From an uncultured Clostridium sp. (lineage in GTDB: Bacteria; Bacillota; Clostridia; TANB77; CAG-508), in contig CANPAC010000001.1 in assembly GCA_947571975.1 (NCBI GenBank), positions 1 to 57,910 of the forward strand: a DNA stretch of 57,910 nucleotides, in the 5' to 3' direction. A program made the translations under genes and the position numbers. Each line of letters opens with the position of its first letter. The stretch's first letter is position 1. The notes beneath the pieces are model-generated. The model was given only the letters and a program-made list of their open reading frames with translations. It had not been told where the DNA came from and did no database searches. Shown piece after piece: positions 1 through 8,807 of this stretch.

Positions 1-269
1 TACCATAAGGAAACTGAAATAAGTCTGAAAAAACTGACATAAGCCAGTTTTTTCGTCATGCGATTTTTTATCATTTTTGAATAAAATCTACTATTTTTAT
101 CAGCCTTATTTCAGTTTATCTATACAAAACCTGCGTTAAATCTGAATAATGCAATAACATTTTATTTTCCGGAAGTTACTCTAAAAATTTGCGTATTTTT
201 TCTATTTCCATTAAGTTTATTTTTAAATTCCACAAAATGGCTAACTAGCATTTTGTTTTAGAATATATT

Positions 270-743
270 TTATATTATTTCTTTTTCTCCAGATGTTTTT
301 AAAACTTTTTTATAATTTTCCATTACTTCGTCTAGATTTTCTCCTATTTCTTCTATTGAATAACAATCAATTATTTTGATATTGCTGTCCTTTGCTTCCC
401 ATTTTTCTATTTTTTCGTTTGTGTTTTTGATATAGCTTTCTTTTCCTTTTATAAAAATTATCATGTCTTTTTGTCTTTTAAGTTTTTCTTTAATAGTTTC
501 GAATTTTTCTATGTCATTATTTTTCCAATTTAGTTTTAATATTTGTTTCTTTTTTTCTTCTGCTAAATTTGTTTTTGTTAAAAATGTTTCCATCGTTTCT
601 TCTAAATCGTTTTCTGTTAAAATAATGATTTCCTCTTGTTCTTTCATTTTTTCGTCGATATAAGGTAAACTCATCATTTCAAAATGATAATCACTTGCAT
701 AAAATGCACATAGTTTTTCTTTGGTATCTTTGTTTTTATTCAT
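270..743 (-). CDS. hypothetical cytoplasmic protein, K/E-rich, family not recognised
   Basis: 157-aa ORF with ATG start and no TM segment. Small hairpin acaaaatg/cattttgt lies just downstream (about 231-258). No motif I can name confidently. Confidence 0.45.
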   Translation of the reverse strand: MNKNKDTKEKLCAFYASDYHFEMMSLPYIDEKMKEQEEIIILTENDLEETMETFLTKTNLAEEKKKQILKLNWKNNDIEKFETIKEKLKRQKDMIIFIKGKESYIKNTNEKIEKWEAKDSNIKIIDCYSIEEIGENLDEVMENYKKVLKTSGEKEII

Positions 744-1068
744 TTGAAATTCTCCTTTTTCATAAAAAATTCTACGGAAGGTTTATTTTTTTGACTACTG
801 GTAAATTTTACCATTTCTTTACAAATATGTCAATAATATTTCAAATAAAATTTTATTACTTTTTTCGACATTCAATTTTTCTGTAGAATTTAGGTAATAT
901 TATCATTTTTTTTAACACTTTAATTTTATTTAAAGTGTAACTAATTAATTCATATTTTTAAAATATTCTAAGAATTTTTCTAAAATAGTATAAAATTTTC
1001 TAATTTGCTAATAATTAATATTAAAGAATATTTTTGAAATAATTGTTTTTATTACTTGGAGGTAACTT

Positions 1069-1710
1069 ATGAAAAAAAATTTTAAAATGGTAATTATTCT
1101 AAGCGTTCTTCTTTTTATTTATATTTCTATATGTGCTATTTCCTATGCACAAAATGTATCTACAGATATTGCAAATAGTGTGTTCCGTTTACATGTTATT
1201 GCAAACAGTGATAGTGAAGAAGACCAAAATTTAAAATATATTGTACGTGATAATTTATTAAATTATATGAATTCTCTTTGTAAAGATTGTAAAACTAAGC
1301 AAGAGGCTATTTCTATTGTAGAAGAAAATAAAGATAATTTTAAACAAATTGCTGTTGATACAATTACAGAACAAGGTTACTCTTATTCTGTTAATATAAA
1401 TATTGGAAATTTTGAATTTCCTACTAAAAATTATGGTGATATATCTTTGCCTGCTGGTTTTTATGATGCTTTACGAGTTGAAATTGGAGAGGCTCGTGGT
1501 CAAAATTGGTGGTGCGTAATGTTCCCTCCTCTATGTTTTGTTGATATTTCTTCTGGTGTTGTTCCTGATGATTCAAAGGAATTAATGGAGAATAATTTAT
1601 CTGAAGAAGAATTTGCCCTTATTTCTGATAAATCAAATCAAGAAATTAAATTTAAATTTAAATTGTTAGAATTTTTTGCAAATAGTGGTTTAATAACTGC
1701 TAAAAAATAA
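1069..1710 (+). CDS. spoIIR: stage II sporulation protein R (SpoIIR)
   Basis: 213 aa. N-terminal signal/TM segment, then FRLHVIANSDSEEDQNLKYIVRD and WWCVMFPPLCF motifs typical of SpoIIR. GGAGG RBS upstream of the ATG. Confidence 0.85.
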   Translation: MKKNFKMVIILSVLLFIYISICAISYAQNVSTDIANSVFRLHVIANSDSEEDQNLKYIVRDNLLNYMNSLCKDCKTKQEAISIVEENKDNFKQIAVDTITEQGYSYSVNINIGNFEFPTKNYGDISLPAGFYDALRVEIGEARGQNWWCVMFPPLCFVDISSGVVPDDSKELMENNLSEEEFALISDKSNQEIKFKFKLLEFFANSGLITAKK

Positions 1711-1813
1711 CTATTGCAATTCCATTAAGTTTATGATATATTTTAATAAATAAAAGAGTGTTATGTTTTACGCTCTTTTTTCGTGGAAAGATACAATATT
1801 GGAGGTTGTTTAA

Positions 1814-3073
1814 TTGGAAAAATTAGTCGTAAAAGGTCCAACGCCTTTAAAAGGTGAAGTAACAATCAGTGGTGCAAAAAACGCAGCAGTAGCCATTTTA
1901 CCAGCTACACTTTTAATTGATGGTACTTGCACAATTGAGAATTTACCAAATATAAGTGATATAAAAATATCTTGTGAAATATTAGAAAAATTAGGTGCTA
2001 AAATAACATGGAATAGTAAAAATAGTATTACAGTAGACACTTCAAATTTGACAACAACAAGAGCACCATTAGATTTAACAAGCAAATTTAGAGCTTCTTA
2101 TTATATTATTGGAGCCATGCTTAGTAGAAAAGGAGAAATTGAAGTCGGTATGCCTGGCGGTTGTAAGCTTGGCGCAAGGCCTATTGATCAACATATCAAA
2201 GGTTTTGAAAGACTTGGTGCAACAGTTACTGTTGAAAAGGGTACAATATATGCAAAAGCAAAAAAATTAACTGGTTGTCCTATTTATATGGATATTGTTT
2301 CTGTTGGTGCAACAATTAATGTTATGCTTTCTGCAGTTTTAGCTAAAGGTACTACTATTATTGATAATGCCGCAAAAGAACCCCATATTGTTGATGTCGC
2401 TAACTTTTTGAACACAATGGGTGCTGATATTAGAGGTGCTGGAACTGATGTTATTAAAATCAATGGAGTAGAAAGACTATCTGGTAATGCAACTTATTCT
2501 GTCGTTCCAGATCAAATTGAAGCTGGTACTTTTATGCTAGCAGCAGTTGCAACAAAAGGAGATTTAGTAATTAAAAATTGTATTACAAAGCATTTAGAGT
2601 CAATTACTGCTAAAATTATAGAAGTTGGTGGAAACGTTGAGGATAATATTGACAGCATTCATGTTTGGTGTAATAAAAGACCTTCTAAAGCTACTATAAA
2701 AACTTTGCCTTATCCAGGTTTTCCTACTGATTTACAGCCACAGATGGGTGTAGTTTTGTCCTTAGCTAGTGGTAATAGTATGATTCATGAAAGTATTTGG
2801 GACTCTAGATTTCAATATACAGAAGAATTAAATAGAATGGGTGCTAAAATAAATGCTCAAGGAAAAACAGCCTTTTTTGAAGGTGTAAAAAAATTAACTG
2901 GTGCTCCTGTTTATTCTTCTGATTTAAGGGCTGGCGCTGCTCTTGTTATTGCAGGAACCGCTGCTGAAGGGACTACTGAAATCTATAACTTGCAACATAT
3001 TGATAGAGGTTATGAAAATATTGAGGAAAAATTTAAGAATATCGGTGCAAAAATCGAAAGAGTAACAGAATAA
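1814..3073 (+). CDS. murA: UDP-N-acetylglucosamine 1-carboxyvinyltransferase (MurA)
   Basis: 419 aa. N-terminus KLVVKGPTPLKGEVTISGAKNAAVAILPA and full-length MurA/EPSP-synthase-fold pattern. TTG start 8 nt after GGAGG. Confidence 0.95.
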   Translation: MEKLVVKGPTPLKGEVTISGAKNAAVAILPATLLIDGTCTIENLPNISDIKISCEILEKLGAKITWNSKNSITVDTSNLTTTRAPLDLTSKFRASYYIIGAMLSRKGEIEVGMPGGCKLGARPIDQHIKGFERLGATVTVEKGTIYAKAKKLTGCPIYMDIVSVGATINVMLSAVLAKGTTIIDNAAKEPHIVDVANFLNTMGADIRGAGTDVIKINGVERLSGNATYSVVPDQIEAGTFMLAAVATKGDLVIKNCITKHLESITAKIIEVGGNVEDNIDSIHVWCNKRPSKATIKTLPYPGFPTDLQPQMGVVLSLASGNSMIHESIWDSRFQYTEELNRMGAKINAQGKTAFFEGVKKLTGAPVYSSDLRAGAALVIAGTAAEGTTEIYNLQHIDRGYENIEEKFKNIGAKIERVTE

Positions 3074-3087
3074 TAAACAAAAACAAT

Positions 3088-3208
3088 AAATTATATATCT
3101 AACTTGTTTATATATTAATATTTAATAGTAAAACCATAGCTAGGGTGTAACAATCGGGGTCTTTACTATTAAATATTAATATATAAACAAATTTAAGATA
3201 TATAATTT
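3088..3208. repeat. long AT-rich inverted repeat (about 45-bp arms) around a 29-nt GC-richer loop that contains CATAGCTAGGGTG
   Basis: Arms 3088-3132 and 3162-3208 are near-perfect reverse complements. The loop at 3133-3161 shares a 13-nt core with the loop of the hairpin at 22698-22880, in opposite orientation. Confidence 0.8.
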
Positions 3209-3234
3209 AAATAGTAACAAAGGAAATAATAGTC

Positions 3235-4029
3235 ATGTTAAATTTTTGTAGTTTATATAGTGGAAGTAGTGGAAACAGTCTTTTAGTAGATACTGATAAT
3301 ACCAAAATTCTAATTGATGCTGGTGTTAGCAGTAAAAAAATAGAAAGTGCATTATCAAATATGGAAATAGACCCTTATTCTCTTTCTGGTATTTTAGTTA
3401 CCCATGAACATATAGACCATGTGCAGGGTCTTGGTACATTCTCTCGAAAATTCCATTTACCTGTGTTTGTTAATCAAGAAACACTTGACGCTATGCCAAA
3501 ACAAAGAGATAAAATAGAAAGCAACCAAATAAAAACTTTCAAAGTTTCTGATAAATTTTCAATTGGAGATTTGACCATTAAACCTTTTTCAATTCCCCAT
3601 GATGCCGCTAATCCTTGTGGTTTTAATATATGGAAAGATAATAAAAAAATTAGTATTGCTACTGATATCGGACATATGACAAATGGAATTTTAAAAAATT
3701 TAGAAGAAAGCTTATTCGTTATGTTAGAAGCTAATTATGATCCTGAAGTTTTACGTTGCTCTTCTTATCCTTTTAGCTTAAAATCAAGAATTGCTGGGCC
3801 AACAGGTCATTTGCCAAATGAAATTGCTGGTAAAACAATTTCTCATTTGTTGTCTTCTGGTTTAAAAACCGCAATGTTAGGCCATTTAAGTAAAGAAAGT
3901 AATTTCCCAGAACTTGCTTATCAAACAGTAATGGATGAATTAATTTGTAATCCTTCTTTTGACTCAGATTCTCTCAATTTAAAAGTTGCAAATAGAAATA
4001 GTCCTAGCAATTTAATAAGTATAAGCTAA
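3235..4029 (+). CDS. MBL-fold metallo-hydrolase (YycJ/WalJ-like)
   Basis: 264 aa with the HEHIDHVQG metallo-beta-lactamase motif. Lies directly upstream of rlmH, as in many Firmicutes. Confidence 0.8.
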   Translation: MLNFCSLYSGSSGNSLLVDTDNTKILIDAGVSSKKIESALSNMEIDPYSLSGILVTHEHIDHVQGLGTFSRKFHLPVFVNQETLDAMPKQRDKIESNQIKTFKVSDKFSIGDLTIKPFSIPHDAANPCGFNIWKDNKKISIATDIGHMTNGILKNLEESLFVMLEANYDPEVLRCSSYPFSLKSRIAGPTGHLPNEIAGKTISHLLSSGLKTAMLGHLSKESNFPELAYQTVMDELICNPSFDSDSLNLKVANRNSPSNLISIS

Positions 4030-4050
4030 TTAGAGTAAAGGAGAAAAATC

Positions 4051-4530
4051 ATGTTAAATATACAAGTTGTTTGTGTTGGTAAATTGAGGGAAAATTATTT
4101 ACAAGCCGCTATTGATGAATACTGTAAAAGGTTATCTCGTTATTGCAAACTAACCATCTTAGAGCTCCCCGACGAGAAAATACCTGATAAATTGAATAAT
4201 AATTTAGCAAATGAAATTAAAGCAAAAGAATGTGATAATATTTTTCGACATATTAAAAAAGATTCTCATATAATTGCTTTAGATTTAAATGGAAAACAAT
4301 TTTCCTCTGAAGATTTTTCTTCTGAATTAGAAAATATCTCTATGTCTTCTAGTTCTATTACTTTTGTAATTGGTGGTTCTTTAGGGTTAACTAATGACTT
4401 TTTAGCACATTGCCACCAAAAAATTTGCTTTTCTAAAATGACTTTTCCTCATCAGTTGATTCGTGTTTTTCTTTTAGAGCAAATTTTTAGAGCTTTTAAA
4501 ATTTCTAATGGCGAAACTTATCATCGCTAA
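4051..4530 (+). CDS. rlmH: 23S rRNA (pseudouridine1915-N3)-methyltransferase RlmH
   Basis: 159 aa of SPOUT-type RlmH length and pattern (IGGSLGL ... FPHQL.R..L.EQI.RAF...G..YH). GGAG RBS present. Confidence 0.9.
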   Translation: MLNIQVVCVGKLRENYLQAAIDEYCKRLSRYCKLTILELPDEKIPDKLNNNLANEIKAKECDNIFRHIKKDSHIIALDLNGKQFSSEDFSSELENISMSSSSITFVIGGSLGLTNDFLAHCHQKICFSKMTFPHQLIRVFLLEQIFRAFKISNGETYHR

Positions 4531-4928
4531 TTATTACATAAAAATATTGTTTATTTGCGCCTAAAAAGGCGTTGATAGTGTAAAAAATATTGTGATTATA
4601 TATATTGTTTATTTGCCCTTTTTAAGTGCCTTAAAACAATATATATAATCTTTATTAATTTGTAGAGATTCTAAAACACACAAAATAGACACTCTTTTTA
4701 AGGGGCTGAAACAAAAATTTTTAGAGTTAATACTATTTTTATAGGGGATTTATTTTCTCTACAAAAATAAAAACTTAAATTAATTAATTGGAAATTTTTT
4801 TTCGAATTTCTTTGCTTAATCGATACACTATAACTTGTCTTACGATTAAAAATATTGAAATAAATATTAAACTTTTTATAATCATGCATAAATTATACAT
4901 CAGCTTTTTTAAATTGTCAACTAAAACT

Positions 4929-5456
4929 TTACGACATAATTCTACAAATTACAACACTAACCAACATTCCAACTAAATCTGCTGCAAGAGCTGCTATCAA
5001 AATCCCTCTTGTTTTCTTTATTTTTACAGCACTTGTATAAATAGCAATAGTATATAATGTAGTCTCTGTAGAGCCCATAATTGTAGATGCCATTTTTCCT
5101 ATCAAATTATCTACTCCGTAGGTCTTCATGATATCTGTTGCCACAGCAATTGAACCACTTCCTGAAATAGGTCTTAGTAAAGCTAATGGCATAATTTCGC
5201 TTGGAAAATGAATAACATTTAAAAAGGGTTTACTAAATTGGATAATAATATCTAATATTCCTGAATTTCTAAGAGCTCCAATTGCAATAAACAGACCTAC
5301 TAATGTTGGCAAAATGTTAAACACAATTTCTATCCCCTCTTTTGCTCCTTCTAAAAAATCATCAAACACCTTATTTTTTTCTATTAGCGAATAAGTAATA
5401 ATCAATAAAATAATTAGTGGCATTGCTAAACTAGATAGAAAATTAACAACCTGCAA
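4929..5456 (-). CDS. spmB: spore maturation protein B (nucleoside-recognition/Gate domain membrane protein)
   Basis: 175-aa polytopic membrane protein directly downstream of the spmA-like gene. Typical SpmB size and hydrophobic pattern. Confidence 0.8.
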   Translation of the reverse strand: MQVVNFLSSLAMPLIILLIITYSLIEKNKVFDDFLEGAKEGIEIVFNILPTLVGLFIAIGALRNSGILDIIIQFSKPFLNVIHFPSEIMPLALLRPISGSGSIAVATDIMKTYGVDNLIGKMASTIMGSTETTLYTIAIYTSAVKIKKTRGILIAALAADLVGMLVSVVICRIMS

Positions 5457-5520
5457 AAACTCTTCCTCCTCTTTATTTTAAAAAAACTATATATAAGTGT
5501 TTTCTTATAGTATTGTAGTT

Positions 5521-6132
5521 TTACTTGTTATAGCTTTTTTTAGTTATTTTTTTACTCGAATTAACAGTTTTGTAACAAAAATCCCGTGTTATAGCTGCAC
5601 ATATTGTCGCTATCCATACAGGAAAAACAATAGCAGTTGGATTACTAGACCCTAATGAATTTCTAATAGCAATTACAGTTGTTGGTATTATCTGAATTGA
5701 AGCTGTATTTAAAACAATAAACATCATCATAGAATCAGTTAAAGTTGTTTTTTGGGAATTTTCTTTTTGCATAGATTTCATTGCTTTTAACCCTAATGGT
5801 GTCGCTGCATTTCCTAATCCTAAAATATTTGCAATCATATTCATTGAAATTTCTTTCTGAATTTGTTTATTTTCCCTTATTTCTGGAAACAATATTTTTA
5901 TAATTGGTTTTAATAAATTTGTTAACTTATTGATAATGCTCGTTTTATTAGCAATCTGCATAATACCATTCCATAAACATATTGTCCCTAGTAGTTCAAT
6001 AGATAATTTTATTGCATCATTTGTACTTTCAAAAATACTACTATTTAGTGTTTCTAAGTTTCCAGAGCAGATAGCATAAGAAAAAGATATGATAATAAAA
6101 ATAGGCCATATCTTATTTAACATATTTATCAC
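5521..6132 (-). CDS. spmA: spore maturation protein A, with an in-frame CGG near the 3' end
   Basis: 203-aa polytopic membrane protein with a typical SpmA N-terminus (MLNKIWPIFIII...). A zero-frame CGG at 5584-5586 is followed by an atypical K/S-rich tail. Reading +1 from the CGG gives ...ICAAIT-G-IFVTKLLIRVKK with a stop at 5544-5546, which looks like a normal SpmA C-terminus. Confidence 0.8.
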   Translation of the reverse strand: MINMLNKIWPIFIIISFSYAICSGNLETLNSSIFESTNDAIKLSIELLGTICLWNGIMQIANKTSIINKLTNLLKPIIKILFPEIRENKQIQKEISMNMIANILGLGNAATPLGLKAMKSMQKENSQKTTLTDSMMMFIVLNTASIQIIPTTVIAIRNSLGSSNPTAIVFPVWIATICAAITRDFCYKTVNSSKKITKKSYNK

Positions 6133-6249
6133 CTAAATAATTTTATTCTAAAGCCAACTTTTTATTACAATATAATTGACCTGCATTTCTATTTGTGATA
6201 TAGTAATGTCATAGGATTGTAAAATATAACTTTTAAGGAGGATGATTGT

Positions 6250-6501
6250 ATGAAGTCAACAGGAATTATTAGAAGAGTAGATGAACTTGGTAGAGTTGTT
6301 ATTCCAATAGAAATTAGAAATCAATTTAACATTGTAGAAAAAGACCCCATTGAAATATTTGTCAATGGTTCTTCCATTGTTTTAAAAAAATTCGAACCAA
6401 ACTGCATCTTCTGTGGCAATAATGAAAATTTATTAACTTATAATGATAAATTAATCTGTTCTGATTGTGCTAGTAAAATTGGTAAATTAGAAAAAGAATA
6501 A
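6250..6501 (+). CDS. abrB: AbrB-family transition-state regulator (SpoVT/AbrB domain)
   Basis: 83 aa beginning MKSTGIIRRVDELGRVVIPIEIRNQF, the classic AbrB N-terminal swapped-hairpin domain. GGAGG RBS present. Confidence 0.85.
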   Translation: MKSTGIIRRVDELGRVVIPIEIRNQFNIVEKDPIEIFVNGSSIVLKKFEPNCIFCGNNENLLTYNDKLICSDCASKIGKLEKE

Positions 6502-6534
6502 ATATTAACTACTAAACACAAAACATAACAAACA

Positions 6535-6575
6535 AAACGTCTTTAATTACTATGTTAATTTAAAGACGTTTTTTA
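6535..6575 (+). terminator. intrinsic terminator after abrB
   Basis: Stem aaacgtctttaa / ttaaagacgtt followed by a T-run. Confidence 0.6.
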
Positions 6576-6707
6576 TATAGCAGAAAAGAGTTATTTGTTA
6601 GCAACTCTTAGGCTCGCTTTTTTTATTTACAATTTGCTTAAGTAATGTATTTGACTTTTTCTATTTTAATGTTATACTCTAATAAGAAAAACTAAAGAAA
6701 GGAGTGT

Positions 6708-7361
6708 ATGATTTATATCATACGAAATATTATGAAAAATAAATTTATTTTAATTGGTTCTATAGTATTTGTAGTAATTGTTATTACTATTTTGTGCATA
6801 TTTTTATTAAAATCATCTTCTGTTTTAGAATTATCAGACTTTGAAAAAATAGCTGTTTATGGCTATCTTGAAGATTATTTGTCTTTAGACAAACTTTATC
6901 TTCTTTCTAACAAGTCATCTTATGATGAATCTCAATATTTACAAAGTAAAGTAAAACAAATTTTAGATTCTCATTACGAAAAATCACATGATGAACTAAT
7001 TCCAACTAGCATTATTTCTGATGAATTATCTAAAAATTATGGAATATCTGCTGATTCACTTGATTACCATGGTATTCTTGTTTCAGATTTTGAGTTTTCT
7101 CCTCAAGATAACGCCTTTATAAGAGTTGAAGGCGCTAATAGTGGCGTTTCTTCTATAGAAAATCAGGTTTTCATGAATGAAAATAGTGATAATAAATTAT
7201 CTATTCAAAAAATTGAAAAAGCTTCAAAAGATTCATATATTGTATATTTTAATGTGATGGATTCTTCTGAAAGTAATGTTTCTGCCTCTGGAAGTGTTAC
7301 AATTAATGTTGTTGATAATGCTTATGAATTAGAAAATTGTACTATAACTTCTGAAAATTAA
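6708..7361 (+). CDS. hypothetical membrane-anchored protein
   Basis: 217 aa with one N-terminal TM (FILIGSIVFVVIVITILCIFLL) and a soluble S/D/E-rich domain. AGGAG RBS present. No recognisable family. Confidence 0.5.
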   Translation: MIYIIRNIMKNKFILIGSIVFVVIVITILCIFLLKSSSVLELSDFEKIAVYGYLEDYLSLDKLYLLSNKSSYDESQYLQSKVKQILDSHYEKSHDELIPTSIISDELSKNYGISADSLDYHGILVSDFEFSPQDNAFIRVEGANSGVSSIENQVFMNENSDNKLSIQKIEKASKDSYIVYFNVMDSSESNVSASGSVTINVVDNAYELENCTITSEN

Positions 7362-7476
7362 ATCTATATTTTGAAACAAATTTCTCAAATAAGAAATAAA
7401 ATTAAAAAATAAAAAGTTATTTCTTATTTGCGAAATAACTTGACAGAATTTTAAAAAAGGTTTATACTTAATATAG

Positions 7477-8679
7477 GTGATTAAAATGTTGAAAAGAGAA
7501 ATGTATTTGTCAAGAATAAGAGGCTTTTATAATAGTAATCTTATAAAAATTTTAGTAGGAATAAGAAGATGTGGAAAATCTGTAATATTAAAACAGATAA
7601 TGAATGAATTGCAAGAACAAGGAGTCGATAAAGAACATATTATATATGTAAATTTTGAGCTTATAGAATATGAAGATTTACAAGATTATAAAGAATTAAA
7701 TAAATATATAAAAGAAAAAATAGTAGATGAAAAAAACTATTATGTATTTTTAGACGAAATCCAAAAAGTAGAGAAATTTGAAGATGTAGTAAATTCATTA
7801 AGAGCTTCTATAGAAAACATAAGCATATTTATTACTGGCTCAAATAGTAAATTATTATCAAACGAATTGTCAACAGTTTTATCTGGAAGGTATGTATTAT
7901 TCAATATTTATCCATTAAGTTATAAAGAGTTTATAGAGTTAACAGGTAAAGATGGTAAAAGTAATGAAACTTTTTGGGATTTTGTTAAATGGGGAGGACT
8001 TCCGAATAGAACTCAATTTACAGACGAAGGTAACATAAAAGATTATCTTCATAGTGTATTTGATTCCATTATTTTAAGAGATGTAGTAGACAGATTAGGA
8101 TTGAAAGATACAGTGTTATTTGATTTGTTATTACAATATATTGTAGATATAACTGGACGTGAATTTTCTGCTGAAAATGTTATAAAATTCCTAAAAAGTG
8201 AAGGTAAGTCTATATCAACAGAAACATTATATATATATTTAGATGCATTATGTAAGGCATTGATGATGAAAAAAATATATAGATATGATATTCATGGAAA
8301 AACAATATTAAAAACTTTAAATAAATATTATATGACTGATTTGGGAATAGCTCAAATAAAAAATAATAACTTTGAAATAAATAAAAGTTTTGCTATTGAA
8401 AATGTTATATATAACGAACTATTAATAAGAGGATATGATGTTTATATAGGAAAAACAAAAGAAGGAGAAATTGATTTTATTGCTACAAATAGTGAAGAAA
8501 AACTATATTTCCAGGTTGCTTATTTACTAGAAAATACTAAAACTGAGGCTAGAGAATTTGGAGCTTATAAAGAAATAAATGATAATTATCCTAAATATGT
8601 TCTTTCTCTGGATAAAGTGGACTTTTCAAAAGATGGAATAATTCATAAAAATATTATTGATTGGTTATTAGAAAATTAG
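7477..8679 (+). CDS. AAA-family ATPase with C-terminal DUF4143-type domain (COG1373-like)
   Basis: 400 aa with a Walker A-like GIRRCGKS and FLDEIQ Walker B. Overall layout matches the widespread 'ATP-binding protein, DUF4143' family. Confidence 0.75.
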   Translation: MIKMLKREMYLSRIRGFYNSNLIKILVGIRRCGKSVILKQIMNELQEQGVDKEHIIYVNFELIEYEDLQDYKELNKYIKEKIVDEKNYYVFLDEIQKVEKFEDVVNSLRASIENISIFITGSNSKLLSNELSTVLSGRYVLFNIYPLSYKEFIELTGKDGKSNETFWDFVKWGGLPNRTQFTDEGNIKDYLHSVFDSIILRDVVDRLGLKDTVLFDLLLQYIVDITGREFSAENVIKFLKSEGKSISTETLYIYLDALCKALMMKKIYRYDIHGKTILKTLNKYYMTDLGIAQIKNNNFEINKSFAIENVIYNELLIRGYDVYIGKTKEGEIDFIATNSEEKLYFQVAYLLENTKTEAREFGAYKEINDNYPKYVLSLDKVDFSKDGIIHKNIIDWLLEN

Positions 8680-8728
8680 TATTAAAAATGCTCTCTATTA
8701 AAGCTTATAAATATTAAAATTTTGTATA

Positions 8729-8782
8729 AGACCCGTTTAGATTTTAAACCACTAATAAGTTATTTAAAATCTAAACGGGTCT
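8729..8782. terminator. bidirectional hairpin terminator between convergent genes
   Basis: Perfect 20-bp arms agacccgtttagattttaaa / tttaaaatctaaacgggtct, between the ATPase gene (+) and the surface-protein gene (-). Confidence 0.7.
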
Positions 8783-8807
8783 TAACAACTATACACACAT
8801 GTGTATC

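Noticed and set aside
1-59. Possible minus-strand ORF start (MTKKLAYVSFFRLISVSLW...) running off the left edge
   Set aside because: Only about 19 codons are visible, there is no RBS, and there is no recognisable motif. It cannot be supported.
4698-4976. ORFs 4698-4889 (-) and 4788-4976 (+) in the rlmH-spmB gap
   Set aside because: They overlap each other, are low complexity, and have no RBS. The region is better described as non-coding with hairpins (for example 4594-4650).
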